From Thermodesulfobacteriota bacterium (lineage in GTDB: Bacteria; Desulfobacterota_D; UBA1144; Nemesobacterales; Nemesobacteraceae): 64,000 nucleotides of DNA. Under the pieces are notes generated by a model. The model saw only the letters and a list, made by a program, of their open reading frames with translations, was not told the origin of the DNA and made no database searches. Shown here piece by piece: positions 13,487-21,327 of this stretch. Within the stretch, counting starts at the first letter, position 1. Each line of letters opens with the position of its first letter. The stretch lies in assembly GCA_965204035.1 (NCBI GenBank), contig OZ241964.1, positions 1,231,933 to 1,295,932 on the forward strand. The letters are read 5' to 3'. A program made the position numbers and the translations under genes.

Positions 13487-14404
13487 ATGTCTGTAAACCT
13501 GATCATCGCGGTAACGGATAACAAATGGTTTGAAAATCTGAGCCGCAGGACGGGTCTGGACGAGGTCAATTTCTGGACACCGTCGGAAAAACGCTTCAGG
13601 GCGTTAAGGCCGGGTGAACTGTTTCTCTTCAAGCTGCACTCTCCGCTTAACTTCATAGTCGGCGGCGGCATCTTCGCTCACGAGACTCTCATGCCGTGCA
13701 GTACGGCCTGGGATTTTTTCGGCGAAGCCAACGGCGCCGCGTCTTTCCACGAGATGCGCGCCATGATCGCCAAGTACCGCAAGGTAGACCTGGAAAAACA
13801 GAATGATTTCCAGATAGGTTGCCGGATTCTTACCCAGCCGTTTTTTCTGCCTGAAGACCGGTGGATTCAGGTTCCGCGAAGCTGGTCCCCCAGTATCATG
13901 GCATACAAGAAATACTCCACGGAAGAGTCAGAGGGCCTGGAACTCTGGAAAAAGCTAAGCAGGGAATTGGCCATTGTTCATCCCGACGAAAAAACTCCGG
14001 CGGAGCGATTGGGAAAACCCCGAATTATACGACCCCGCTTGGGTCAGGGTACGTTCCGGTCAGAAGTGGTTGACGCCTACGGGAGGCGGTGCGCGGTTAC
14101 GCGGGAGCGCACCCTTCCGGCTCTCGACGCGGCCCATATACGCCCCTACAGTGAGGGAGGGGAACACGAAATATCAAACGGCCTTCTTCTGCGCCGGGAT
14201 ATCCACAGCTTGTTTGACCGGGGCTACGTCACGGTAACGCCTGACCTCAAGTTTGAGGTCAGCAGAAAGATAAGGGAACAGTTCGAAAACGGTCGGGACT
14301 ACTATAGCCTCCGCGGCAGCAAGGTTCACGTTCCGAAGAAGTCCTTGTCTGTTCCCGAACCCGGGATTCTGGAGTGGCACAACGAGAACCGGTTCCTGGG
14401 CTAA
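13487..14404 (+). CDS. HNH endonuclease with an N-terminal PUA-like (EVE-type) domain; candidate modification-dependent (type IV-like) restriction nuclease
   Basis: The C-terminal HNH_2-type motif is readable: C..C spacing, AAHIRPYSEGGEHEISNGLLLRRDIHSLFDRG. The N-terminal ~170 aa has the W...FW...RPGELFLFK pattern of PUA-like modified-base readers. Assigned by inference. Confidence 0.55.
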   Translation: MSVNLIIAVTDNKWFENLSRRTGLDEVNFWTPSEKRFRALRPGELFLFKLHSPLNFIVGGGIFAHETLMPCSTAWDFFGEANGAASFHEMRAMIAKYRKVDLEKQNDFQIGCRILTQPFFLPEDRWIQVPRSWSPSIMAYKKYSTEESEGLELWKKLSRELAIVHPDEKTPAERLGKPRIIRPRLGQGTFRSEVVDAYGRRCAVTRERTLPALDAAHIRPYSEGGEHEISNGLLLRRDIHSLFDRGYVTVTPDLKFEVSRKIREQFENGRDYYSLRGSKVHVPKKSLSVPEPGILEWHNENRFLG

Positions 14405-14556
14405 GTAAGGATACCGGAACCGCCAATTTAGTTTTCTCGTTGTATTTTTGTGAACTAATTACCAAGCCGGAACACCGCCCCGCCTGTTCATGTCCAGATT
14501 GAGGAGTAAAGGTAATCCATACTATATATCACCGGCGTCCGGGACATATTTCGATT

Positions 14557-14796
14557 CTACCATTGTTCGTTGCCCTGAGGCGGTCCGGTATCCTGCTCCG
14601 TATGGAGATTGTCTTCTGTTATCCGGGCCAGCAGATCATCCAGACTGGGGTTTTCCCTACGAATAACCACACGGTCTCCAGACGGCACAATCTCTACTGC
14701 GGAACCTTCGTGAATACCCAACTGTTCGGCTACTGGCTTGGGGATGCGAACAGCCAGTTCCTCACCCAGCTTGGCAACATGCAACTTAGGAAGCAT
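14557..14796 (-). CDS. AbrB/MazE (SpoVT-AbrB fold) antitoxin-like protein, orphan with no adjacent toxin ORF
   Basis: 79 aa, MLPKLHVAKLGEELAVRIPKPVAEQLGIHEGSAVEIVPSGDRVVIRR is a typical swapped-hairpin barrel motif. Only ~150 bp of non-coding DNA lies downstream. Confidence 0.6.
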   Translation of the reverse strand: MLPKLHVAKLGEELAVRIPKPVAEQLGIHEGSAVEIVPSGDRVVIRRENPSLDDLLARITEDNLHTEQDTGPPQGNEQW

Positions 14797-14973
14797 CTTT
14801 TAACCCCCCTACCCTAATCCATATAAGTACATGAAAGTGGATTGTCAAATAACTTAAGGGTGATTTTACGCTTGAGACCGGCTTGTCTCTTGAATTTAGG
14901 GAATGAATACGTACAATTTTCCCTTCGAAAATACTGCGGGACAAGGAAACCCTGCTGCTACCTCCCCGAAAAC

Positions 14974-16419
14974 ATGCGAAAAGAACTTCCCAAGATAAAA
15001 ATCTATAATTCCCTCTCGCAGAAAAAAGAAGATCTCGTTCCCTTTGAGGGAGACAAGATCCGGATGTACGTGTGCGGCCCCACGGTATATGACTCAGCCC
15101 ACCTGGGACACGCCCGCTCCGCCGTGTCTTTTGACATAATACAGAGATTTCTCAGGTACGCCGGCTACGACGTGCTGTTCGCGAGGAACTACACCGACAT
15201 AGACGACAAGATAATAACCCGTGCAAACCAGGAAGGGGTAAGCTGCGATGAGATATCCGAGAAATACATAAAGGAATACAGAGAGGACATGGCTTCGATA
15301 GGGGTTGAGACTCCCGACATCGAGCCCCGGGTAACCGAGCATGTGGGGCAGATAGTAGCTCTCATAGAAAAAATAATTGAAAAAGGCTTCGCTTACCGCT
15401 CGGGCAACAACGTATTTTTCTCCGTGAGAAAATTCCCGGAATACGGAAAGCTCTCCTGCAGGTCGCTTGATCACATGCTTGAAGGCGTGAGGATAGACGT
15501 TAACGAAGAAAAGGAAGACCCTCTTGATTTCGCGCTCTGGAAGGAGTCAAAATCCGGCGAGCCCGCATGGAAAAGCCCGTGGGGAGACGGAAGGCCCGGA
15601 TGGCACATAGAGTGCTCCGTTATGAGCATGGAGTACCTGGGAACGAACTTCGAGATACATGGAGGGGGAAAGGATCTTATTTTCCCGCACCACGAAAACG
15701 AGATAGCCCAGTCAGAGGCAGCCTCCGGAGAGCCGTTTGCAAAGTACTGGCTTCATAACGGCCTGATAAGAATAAACAAGGAAAAAATGTCAAAATCCCT
15801 GGGAAACTTTTTCACGCTCTCTGAGGCCACCAAGAGATGGTCCCCCGAGGCCATAAGGCTTTTCTTCCTATCGCATCACTACCAGAACCCCGCAGATTTC
15901 TCGGAGAAAAGCATGTACGACAGCGAGGCGGCGCTTGAGAGGATATATCTCACCCTGCTGAGAGCCGCAGAAACTGGGGAAGCCAAGGGTTCCGATCCCG
16001 CACTTGAGGGTTCTATCAGGAAATTCGAGGAGGACTTTCACTCCTCGATGAGCGATAACTTTAACACCGCCGACGTGGTGGGAAATCTCTTTGACCTGAT
16101 ACGCTCGATTAACAGGTCGCTTGACTCCGTGGGAAAGACTCAAAGCGCAACCCTAGCGCTTGAGAAGATAAAGGAGATATGCGGAGTGCTCGGGGTGCTC
16201 TCAGAGGAGCCGGCCGAGTACATGGAGAGAAGAAAATCCACCGCGAATCTCTCGGACATAGACCCCTTCGAGATAGAAAAGCTCATAGAGGAGAGGAACT
16301 CGGCCAGGAAGGAGAAGAACTGGAAAAAGGCCGATGAAATAAGGGACTACCTAAGCTCCAAGGGAATCGTGCTTGAAGACCGCCCGGGCGGAACCGACTG
16401 GAAAGCGCAGAGATCCTGA
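14974..16419 (+). CDS. cysS: Cysteine--tRNA ligase
   Basis: HIGH-type motif (GPTVYDSAHLGHARS), KMSKS motif and zinc-binding Cys residues. The start was reassigned to the internal ATG at 14974 (MRKELPKIKIYNSLS), downstream of the 14842 ORF start. Confidence 0.9.
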   Translation: MRKELPKIKIYNSLSQKKEDLVPFEGDKIRMYVCGPTVYDSAHLGHARSAVSFDIIQRFLRYAGYDVLFARNYTDIDDKIITRANQEGVSCDEISEKYIKEYREDMASIGVETPDIEPRVTEHVGQIVALIEKIIEKGFAYRSGNNVFFSVRKFPEYGKLSCRSLDHMLEGVRIDVNEEKEDPLDFALWKESKSGEPAWKSPWGDGRPGWHIECSVMSMEYLGTNFEIHGGGKDLIFPHHENEIAQSEAASGEPFAKYWLHNGLIRINKEKMSKSLGNFFTLSEATKRWSPEAIRLFFLSHHYQNPADFSEKSMYDSEAALERIYLTLLRAAETGEAKGSDPALEGSIRKFEEDFHSSMSDNFNTADVVGNLFDLIRSINRSLDSVGKTQSATLALEKIKEICGVLGVLSEEPAEYMERRKSTANLSDIDPFEIEKLIEERNSARKEKNWKKADEIRDYLSSKGIVLEDRPGGTDWKAQRS

Positions 16420-16466
16420 CGCTGTTCCATGAAGAAACATCGTCTTTTCTTGCTTCGCGAAAGCTT

Positions 16467-17297
16467 GTGGAACACAGTCGGGCGAAGCGGGAAAAACACA
16501 GACAGGAGGCAACAGCTATCTGGGGAGCAATCATTGGAGACATCGCAGGTTCCATCTATGAGTGGAACCCTATCAAGACGAAGGAGTTTGAGTTCTTAAA
16601 AGACGACTGCTTCTACACCGACGACTCGGTGTGCACCGCGGCGGTCGCTGAGATCCTGCTTGACAACCTGCCCGCCGCGCCCACCCTGCAGCAGTGGTGC
16701 CGGGACCATCCGGGCCGCGGCTACGGCGGCATGTTCAGGGACTGGATCATGCTTCCTGATCCCGAGCCATATCACAGTTATGGAAACGGAGCGGCAATGC
16801 GGGTGTCGCCATCTGCCTTTCTGAATCGAAATCGTCCGCTTGAAGAGGTGCTTAAGGCCACAGACCGGGTAACCGGGGTCACTCACAACCACCCCGAGGG
16901 AATGAAGGGAGCCAGGGCCGCCACGCACGCCATCTGGCTCGCCTTTCAGAAATATGGACCGGAGCACGTACGCCGGACCATCGAACGCGAATACGGATAC
17001 GATCTCTCCAGGGCAGTCGACGAGATCCGACCTGGATACTCCTTCGATGTAACCTGCCAGGGAACCGTTCCCGAAGCTATCACGTGCGCGCTTGAATCGA
17101 CGAGTTTCGAAGACGCCATTCGAAACGCAATCTCACTTGGAGGGGACTCCGACACGCTTGCGGCGATTGCCGGACCGATTGCAGAAGCCATGCACGGGAT
17201 TCCCCATGACCTGGTGGCAATAGCGATGGACCTGCATCTCGCCAACGACCCGGACATTGTCAACGTGATGACAAGAATGTACGAGGCGGCGGTCTGA
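16467..17297 (+). CDS. ADP-ribosylglycohydrolase family protein (ARH/DraG-like)
   Basis: 276 aa with GDIAGSIYEW, YTDDS and GGDSDT motifs typical of the Mg-dependent ADP-ribosylglycohydrolase fold. Confidence 0.7.
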   Translation: MEHSRAKREKHRQEATAIWGAIIGDIAGSIYEWNPIKTKEFEFLKDDCFYTDDSVCTAAVAEILLDNLPAAPTLQQWCRDHPGRGYGGMFRDWIMLPDPEPYHSYGNGAAMRVSPSAFLNRNRPLEEVLKATDRVTGVTHNHPEGMKGARAATHAIWLAFQKYGPEHVRRTIEREYGYDLSRAVDEIRPGYSFDVTCQGTVPEAITCALESTSFEDAIRNAISLGGDSDTLAAIAGPIAEAMHGIPHDLVAIAMDLHLANDPDIVNVMTRMYEAAV

Positions 17298-17341
17298 GCT
17301 GGGAAACAGCTGGAATTTTCTCTTGGAAAACCATTTCCGGG

Positions 17342-17390
17342 CTTGCGGCAAAATGTCTCAAACAACATGTTCTTTGTTTTTTGCCGCAAG
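17342..17390. promoter_or_regulatory. 12-bp perfect inverted repeat CTTGCGGCAAAA(24 nt)TTTTGCCGCAAG; terminator of the ARH gene and/or operator of the downstream antitoxin gene
   Basis: Read directly. Lies 45 bp after the ARH stop and ~50 bp upstream of the antitoxin ATG. A second palindrome TTTGCAAA sits at 17420-17427 just before the RBS. Confidence 0.45.
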
Positions 17391-17440
17391 GTAAAAAATA
17401 GTTTATCTTTGCCATTGTCAACTTTGCAAAGAGGTACAAA

Positions 17441-17659
17441 ATGCCAAAAGTCAGCCGTAAAAGACAAATCACGCTCCCGGCCAGCCAGTGCAATCAACTT
17501 GGCATTAAGCCTGGCGATGATATTGAAACCTTCGTTGCTGATGGCCGCTTGACCATAGTTAAAAAGGTAAAAGGGTCCGCCCAGAACCTGCTGCAGCATG
17601 TCAAGGGTGATCCTTCAATAACGGATCAGGAATCCCTGGAAGACTCCTTCACTTCATGA
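17441..17659 (+). CDS. AbrB/MazE-type antitoxin (VapB-like)
   Basis: 72 aa, RQITLPASQCNQLGIKPGDDIETFVADGRLTIVKK is a SpoVT/AbrB pattern. Its stop overlaps the ATG of a PIN-like remnant (ATGA). Confidence 0.7.
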   Translation: MPKVSRKRQITLPASQCNQLGIKPGDDIETFVADGRLTIVKKVKGSAQNLLQHVKGDPSITDQESLEDSFTS

Positions 17660-17784
17660 TCGCGGTCGATACCAATGTGCTGTTGCGTTATCTGCTGAAT
17701 GATGTGACGCAGGGCTGTTCATTTCCCGATTCCTATACTTTTGATAAAGCCGCCCAGAAGCTGCAAGGGGCAAAAAAATCATAG
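17656..17784 (+). pseudogene. Truncated PIN-domain (VapC-like) toxin remnant, 42 codons
   Basis: Translation MIAVDTNVLLRYLLNDVTQGCSFPDSYTFDKAAQKLQGAKKS* has a canonical PIN N-terminus (DTNVLL..L). The reading frame stops after 42 codons, and only ~100 bp remain before the next gene. Confidence 0.55.
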
Positions 17785-17888
17785 AACGGTTGTTGGTCAC
17801 GCATCCTTCCCTGCAACTCAACCAAGTCCGACAAAGACTGGTTCAGATTAAACACACAGAGTATTGAAAAGGACCCCAGACGTCCGGG

Positions 17889-18857
17889 CTAAATATAGAT
17901 TCCCATGTATTCCATGGCCCTTTTGACGTTAGCCGGGCTCTGGGTCTCACCCCTGCAGCTGTACCAGCAGGAAGTGCACTTGGTTTTTTCGTAAAGGTCC
18001 GGCTTGTATTCGCTGTAGTGGGCGGCGACGGGCATCTCCGAGCAGCGTTTCAGGTGCCCGCTCGGGGTAACATGTATCTGGTTGAGGCCGGCCAGGCAGT
18101 CGGGGACGCTTCCCCTCTCGAAATAGCCCGGGATCTCCCTCAGGTAGTACTCGGTTGAGAGTATCGTTCCCTTCCACTTCTTTCGAAGCGCGATCAGTTC
18201 CTCTACAAGGTCGCTTACCTTCGAGAGGGCTTCCTTTTTCACGAAGTGGTCTTCGTTGTTGGTTTTCATGACCGAGTAGGAACTGAAAGATATGGCTATG
18301 CCCCACTCTCTTGCCTTTTTCGCTATCTCGACCACCTCGTCGAGGTTGTCTTCCATTATTATGGTGTTAAGCACGAGGCTTTTGTCAGGAAACCGCTCCG
18401 CCAGTTCAGGCAGGGTTTCCGAGAGTTTTTTCCAGAGGCCCGGAATGCCCCTGTATGTATCGTGCTTTTCTCCCGGAAAATCAAGGGAAACGGCGATCTG
18501 ATCCATCCCCGCGTCGAAAAGCTCTTCGGTTTTCTCTTCGTTAAGGAAATCTCCCTTGGTGACCATGGAAGTGAAAATGAATATGGAGCATCCCTTTATC
18601 TGTCTCACGATATCGGGAAGATCCTTTCTGATCATGGGTTCCCCGCCCGTGATAACAGTAACGAGGGGGTTTATCTTCTTTATTACCGGAGTGTAGTCGG
18701 AAAGACGCTCCTCGTGCTTTGTCTGCCAGTAGTCGCAGAAATCGCAGCGGGCGTTGCAAAGCTTTGTTATCTCAAGATTGAGGAGTTTCGGCCTTCCGGT
18801 GGCCTTGATGTAGAAATATTTTAGTGTGCCGTTTACGGCCTGTCTTGGATGTATCAT
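17889..18857 (-). CDS. Radical SAM protein with a C-terminal Cys-rich (SPASM/twitch-like) region
   Basis: CNARCDFCDY is a CxxxCxxC radical SAM cluster motif. GGEPMIRKD glycine-rich SAM motif. C-terminal CTSCWYSCRGE extra cysteines. Confidence 0.75.
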   Translation of the reverse strand: MIHPRQAVNGTLKYFYIKATGRPKLLNLEITKLCNARCDFCDYWQTKHEERLSDYTPVIKKINPLVTVITGGEPMIRKDLPDIVRQIKGCSIFIFTSMVTKGDFLNEEKTEELFDAGMDQIAVSLDFPGEKHDTYRGIPGLWKKLSETLPELAERFPDKSLVLNTIIMEDNLDEVVEIAKKAREWGIAISFSSYSVMKTNNEDHFVKKEALSKVSDLVEELIALRKKWKGTILSTEYYLREIPGYFERGSVPDCLAGLNQIHVTPSGHLKRCSEMPVAAHYSEYKPDLYEKTKCTSCWYSCRGETQSPANVKRAMEYMGIYI

Positions 18858-18920
18858 TAACTCTATCCTTCCCGTCTATTATAAATTATCCGCGGGATTT
18901 ACCAAACGCCTACGTAAAAC

Positions 18921-18929
18921 TGTATAATT
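18921..18929 (+). promoter_or_regulatory. Strong sigma70-like -10 element (TGTATAAT, TG-extended) upstream of the small Cys-rich protein/nnr/tsaE genes
   Basis: Perfect TATAAT at 18923-18928 preceded by TG. RBS GGGGAGG at 18944-18950. TTG start at 18959. Confidence 0.4.
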
Positions 18930-18958
18930 AATCGAGAAACCAAGGGGAGGTAAAGCAC

Positions 18959-19240
18959 TTGTCAGTAAAAACAATAGAGGTTGAAATCTACCAGTGTGAT
19001 CACGTAAGTCCCGGAGGGGAGCGATGCGAACTTTCGGGAGAAAGAAACCAGATCAAGCAGTGCGTCAGGTGCGGAATGGATATCTGCAGTCGCCACTACC
19101 AGCTGATCACGGTTAACCGAAGCGGCGGCACCCTTCTTTCCTACTACTTCTGCTTCGATCACGCAGAGGAATTCATCAACTCGCATATAGAGGACCTCGG
19201 AGACACAAGACCCACCGGAGCGGGCGGTATGGGGAAATAG
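18959..19240 (+). CDS. Small Cys/His-rich hypothetical protein (93 aa, TTG start), possible zinc-ribbon protein
   Basis: Contains CDH...C and C..C..C..H cysteine pairs. Divergent from the radical SAM gene and immediately upstream of nnr. Confidence 0.5.
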   Translation: MSVKTIEVEIYQCDHVSPGGERCELSGERNQIKQCVRCGMDICSRHYQLITVNRSGGTLLSYYFCFDHAEEFINSHIEDLGDTRPTGAGGMGK

Positions 19241-19270
19241 GCAAATCCGGGAAACCGGCCCCAGAGGACC

Positions 19271-20827
19271 ATGAAACTCTCAACCAAGCAGATCTCAAGG
19301 GAAATAGACCGAAGGACCATTGAGGAATTCGGAGTCTCGGGCGTCGTGCTGATGGAGAACGCCGGAAGAGCGGTGGCGTCGGTCATCCTCGCCGAGTGTT
19401 CCTCCGCAAAGAAAATGGCGGTTATCTGCGGCGCCGGAAACAACGCCGGGGACGGTTTTGTAATCGCGCGCCATCTTATTTCCTCGGGAAAAGAGGTAAG
19501 CGTCCACATCACGGAGAAAAAGGAACGCTACAGGGGTGACGCGAAAGCAAACCTCGACTCGCTTCTCGAGATCAGGGCCGACGTAAGGGAACTCGGCGGA
19601 AAGCTCCCCAGAATAAAAGACACCGAAGTCATAGTCGACGCCATCTTCGGTACCGGGCTCGACAGAAACGTGGAAGGTTTTTACGAAAAACTTATAAAAT
19701 TCATAAACCGCCAGAGCGCCCGGCGTGTCTCCGTGGACATACCCTCGGGACTTGACGCAGACACGGGGCGTCCTCTCGGGGCAGCGGTGCAGGCAGACGT
19801 CACGGTCACTTTCGCCCCGGCCAAGCTCGGCATGTGCATTCACCCGGGAGTGGATTACGCGGGGAAGCTCTGCGTAACGGACATAACAATTCCCAGGAAG
19901 CTCTGGGAGGATCTCCCCCTTGAACTTCTCACGTTTGAGAAATGCCGGGGACTAATAAAAAAAAGGGCCACCGATTCACATAAGGGGACCTACGGACATC
20001 TTCTCGTGCTCGCCGGCTCTCCCGGAAAAAGCGGGGCCGCGGTCCTCTCCGCCGAGGCGGCACTTCGCGCCGGAAGCGGACTCGTAACCCTGGGGGTCCC
20101 GGACAGCATATTCCCGGCCGTCGAGGAAAAGACAACAGAGGTAATGTCCGTTTCGCTCAAGGACTCAAAGGACGGGACCTTCCATCCCGGCGCGCACGAA
20201 GGGGTGCTCAGGGAACTTGAAGGGAAAAAGACGGCACTTGCCGTCGGCCCGGGGATATCGACATCCAAAGGCACGGGAAAGTTTCTTGAAAAAGTGATAA
20301 CCGGGTGCGAAGTGCCGGTTGTGCTCGACGCAGATGCCCTTAACATAATTTCAAAAGACCCCGGAATGCTCAGGAAAACAAAAATCCCCGCGGTAATAAC
20401 TCCCCACCCCGGGGAAATGGCAAGGCTCTGCGGCACAAGAACAAAACAGGTGCAGGATGACCGCGTCGGGATCTCGACCCGGTTTTCCGAAAAATACGGA
20501 TGCTACGTTGTCCTCAAGGGAGCGAGAACGGTCGTCTCCACCCCCGACGGGGAGGTGTTCATAAACCCGACCGGAAATTCCGCCATGGCCACGGCCGGAA
20601 CCGGAGACGTGCTTACGGGAATAATCGGGGGACTCGCGGCCCAGGGATACGACCCCCTTCAGTCCTGCCTGCTCGGCGTTTTCCTCCACGGCCACGCGGC
20701 CGACCTTCTTTTAGAAGAGATGGGCACCGCGGGCTTTACCGCCTCTGAAATATCACGTAAAATCCCCGCTTCAAGAAATTCCGTCATCTCATCCACGAAG
20801 GAAAGGCACTTCGCCACGGTAAGATAG
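19271..20827 (+). CDS. nnr: Bifunctional NAD(P)H-hydrate epimerase/dehydratase
   Basis: N-terminal YjeF-N domain (VLMENAGRA, CGAGNNAGDG) and C-terminal carbohydrate-kinase-like dehydratase domain (GDVLTG). Confidence 0.85.
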   Translation: MKLSTKQISREIDRRTIEEFGVSGVVLMENAGRAVASVILAECSSAKKMAVICGAGNNAGDGFVIARHLISSGKEVSVHITEKKERYRGDAKANLDSLLEIRADVRELGGKLPRIKDTEVIVDAIFGTGLDRNVEGFYEKLIKFINRQSARRVSVDIPSGLDADTGRPLGAAVQADVTVTFAPAKLGMCIHPGVDYAGKLCVTDITIPRKLWEDLPLELLTFEKCRGLIKKRATDSHKGTYGHLLVLAGSPGKSGAAVLSAEAALRAGSGLVTLGVPDSIFPAVEEKTTEVMSVSLKDSKDGTFHPGAHEGVLRELEGKKTALAVGPGISTSKGTGKFLEKVITGCEVPVVLDADALNIISKDPGMLRKTKIPAVITPHPGEMARLCGTRTKQVQDDRVGISTRFSEKYGCYVVLKGARTVVSTPDGEVFINPTGNSAMATAGTGDVLTGIIGGLAAQGYDPLQSCLLGVFLHGHAADLLLEEMGTAGFTASEISRKIPASRNSVISSTKERHFATVR

Positions 20828-20832
20828 TTCCC

Positions 20833-21327
20833 ATGGACCCCGCATTCCTACTAGAAGTAAGCAAACCCGAGCAGACTATGCTTTGCGGCGAGATAATGGG
20901 GAAGCTCATACCCCCGGGCTCGGTCGTGGGACTCACGGGAGATCTCGGCGCGGGAAAAACGGTTTTCGCCAAGGGTCTTGCCCGCGGCCTGGGAATAGAG
21001 GAGGAACCCAACAGCCCCACGTTCGTCATAATGAACTGCTACGAGGGCAGCGTGCCTCTTTTTCACTTCGATGTCTACAGGCTTTCGGGAGGCGCGGAGT
21101 TCGAGGATACGGGCTATGAGGAATTTTTCTACGGAGACGGAATTTCCGTAGTGGAATGGGCGGACAAGGTGCGGGATGTATTACCGGGAAACGCTGTTAT
21201 AATTGATATCCAATTCCCGTCCCAACGGGACGAGGAATCGAGAACAATAAAGGTTGCAGGTAAGGGAAAATGGCTCTTGTCGTTCAGAAATACGGCGGAA
21301 CAAGCGTTGCTAGCATCGAAAAAATAA
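20833..21327 (+). CDS. tsaE: tRNA threonylcarbamoyladenosine biosynthesis protein TsaE
   Basis: Walker A motif GDLGAGKT, then SPTF and the YH/D pattern of YjeE. The ORF overlaps the lysC start by 58 nt. Confidence 0.8.
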   Translation: MDPAFLLEVSKPEQTMLCGEIMGKLIPPGSVVGLTGDLGAGKTVFAKGLARGLGIEEEPNSPTFVIMNCYEGSVPLFHFDVYRLSGGAEFEDTGYEEFFYGDGISVVEWADKVRDVLPGNAVIIDIQFPSQRDEESRTIKVAGKGKWLLSFRNTAEQALLASKK

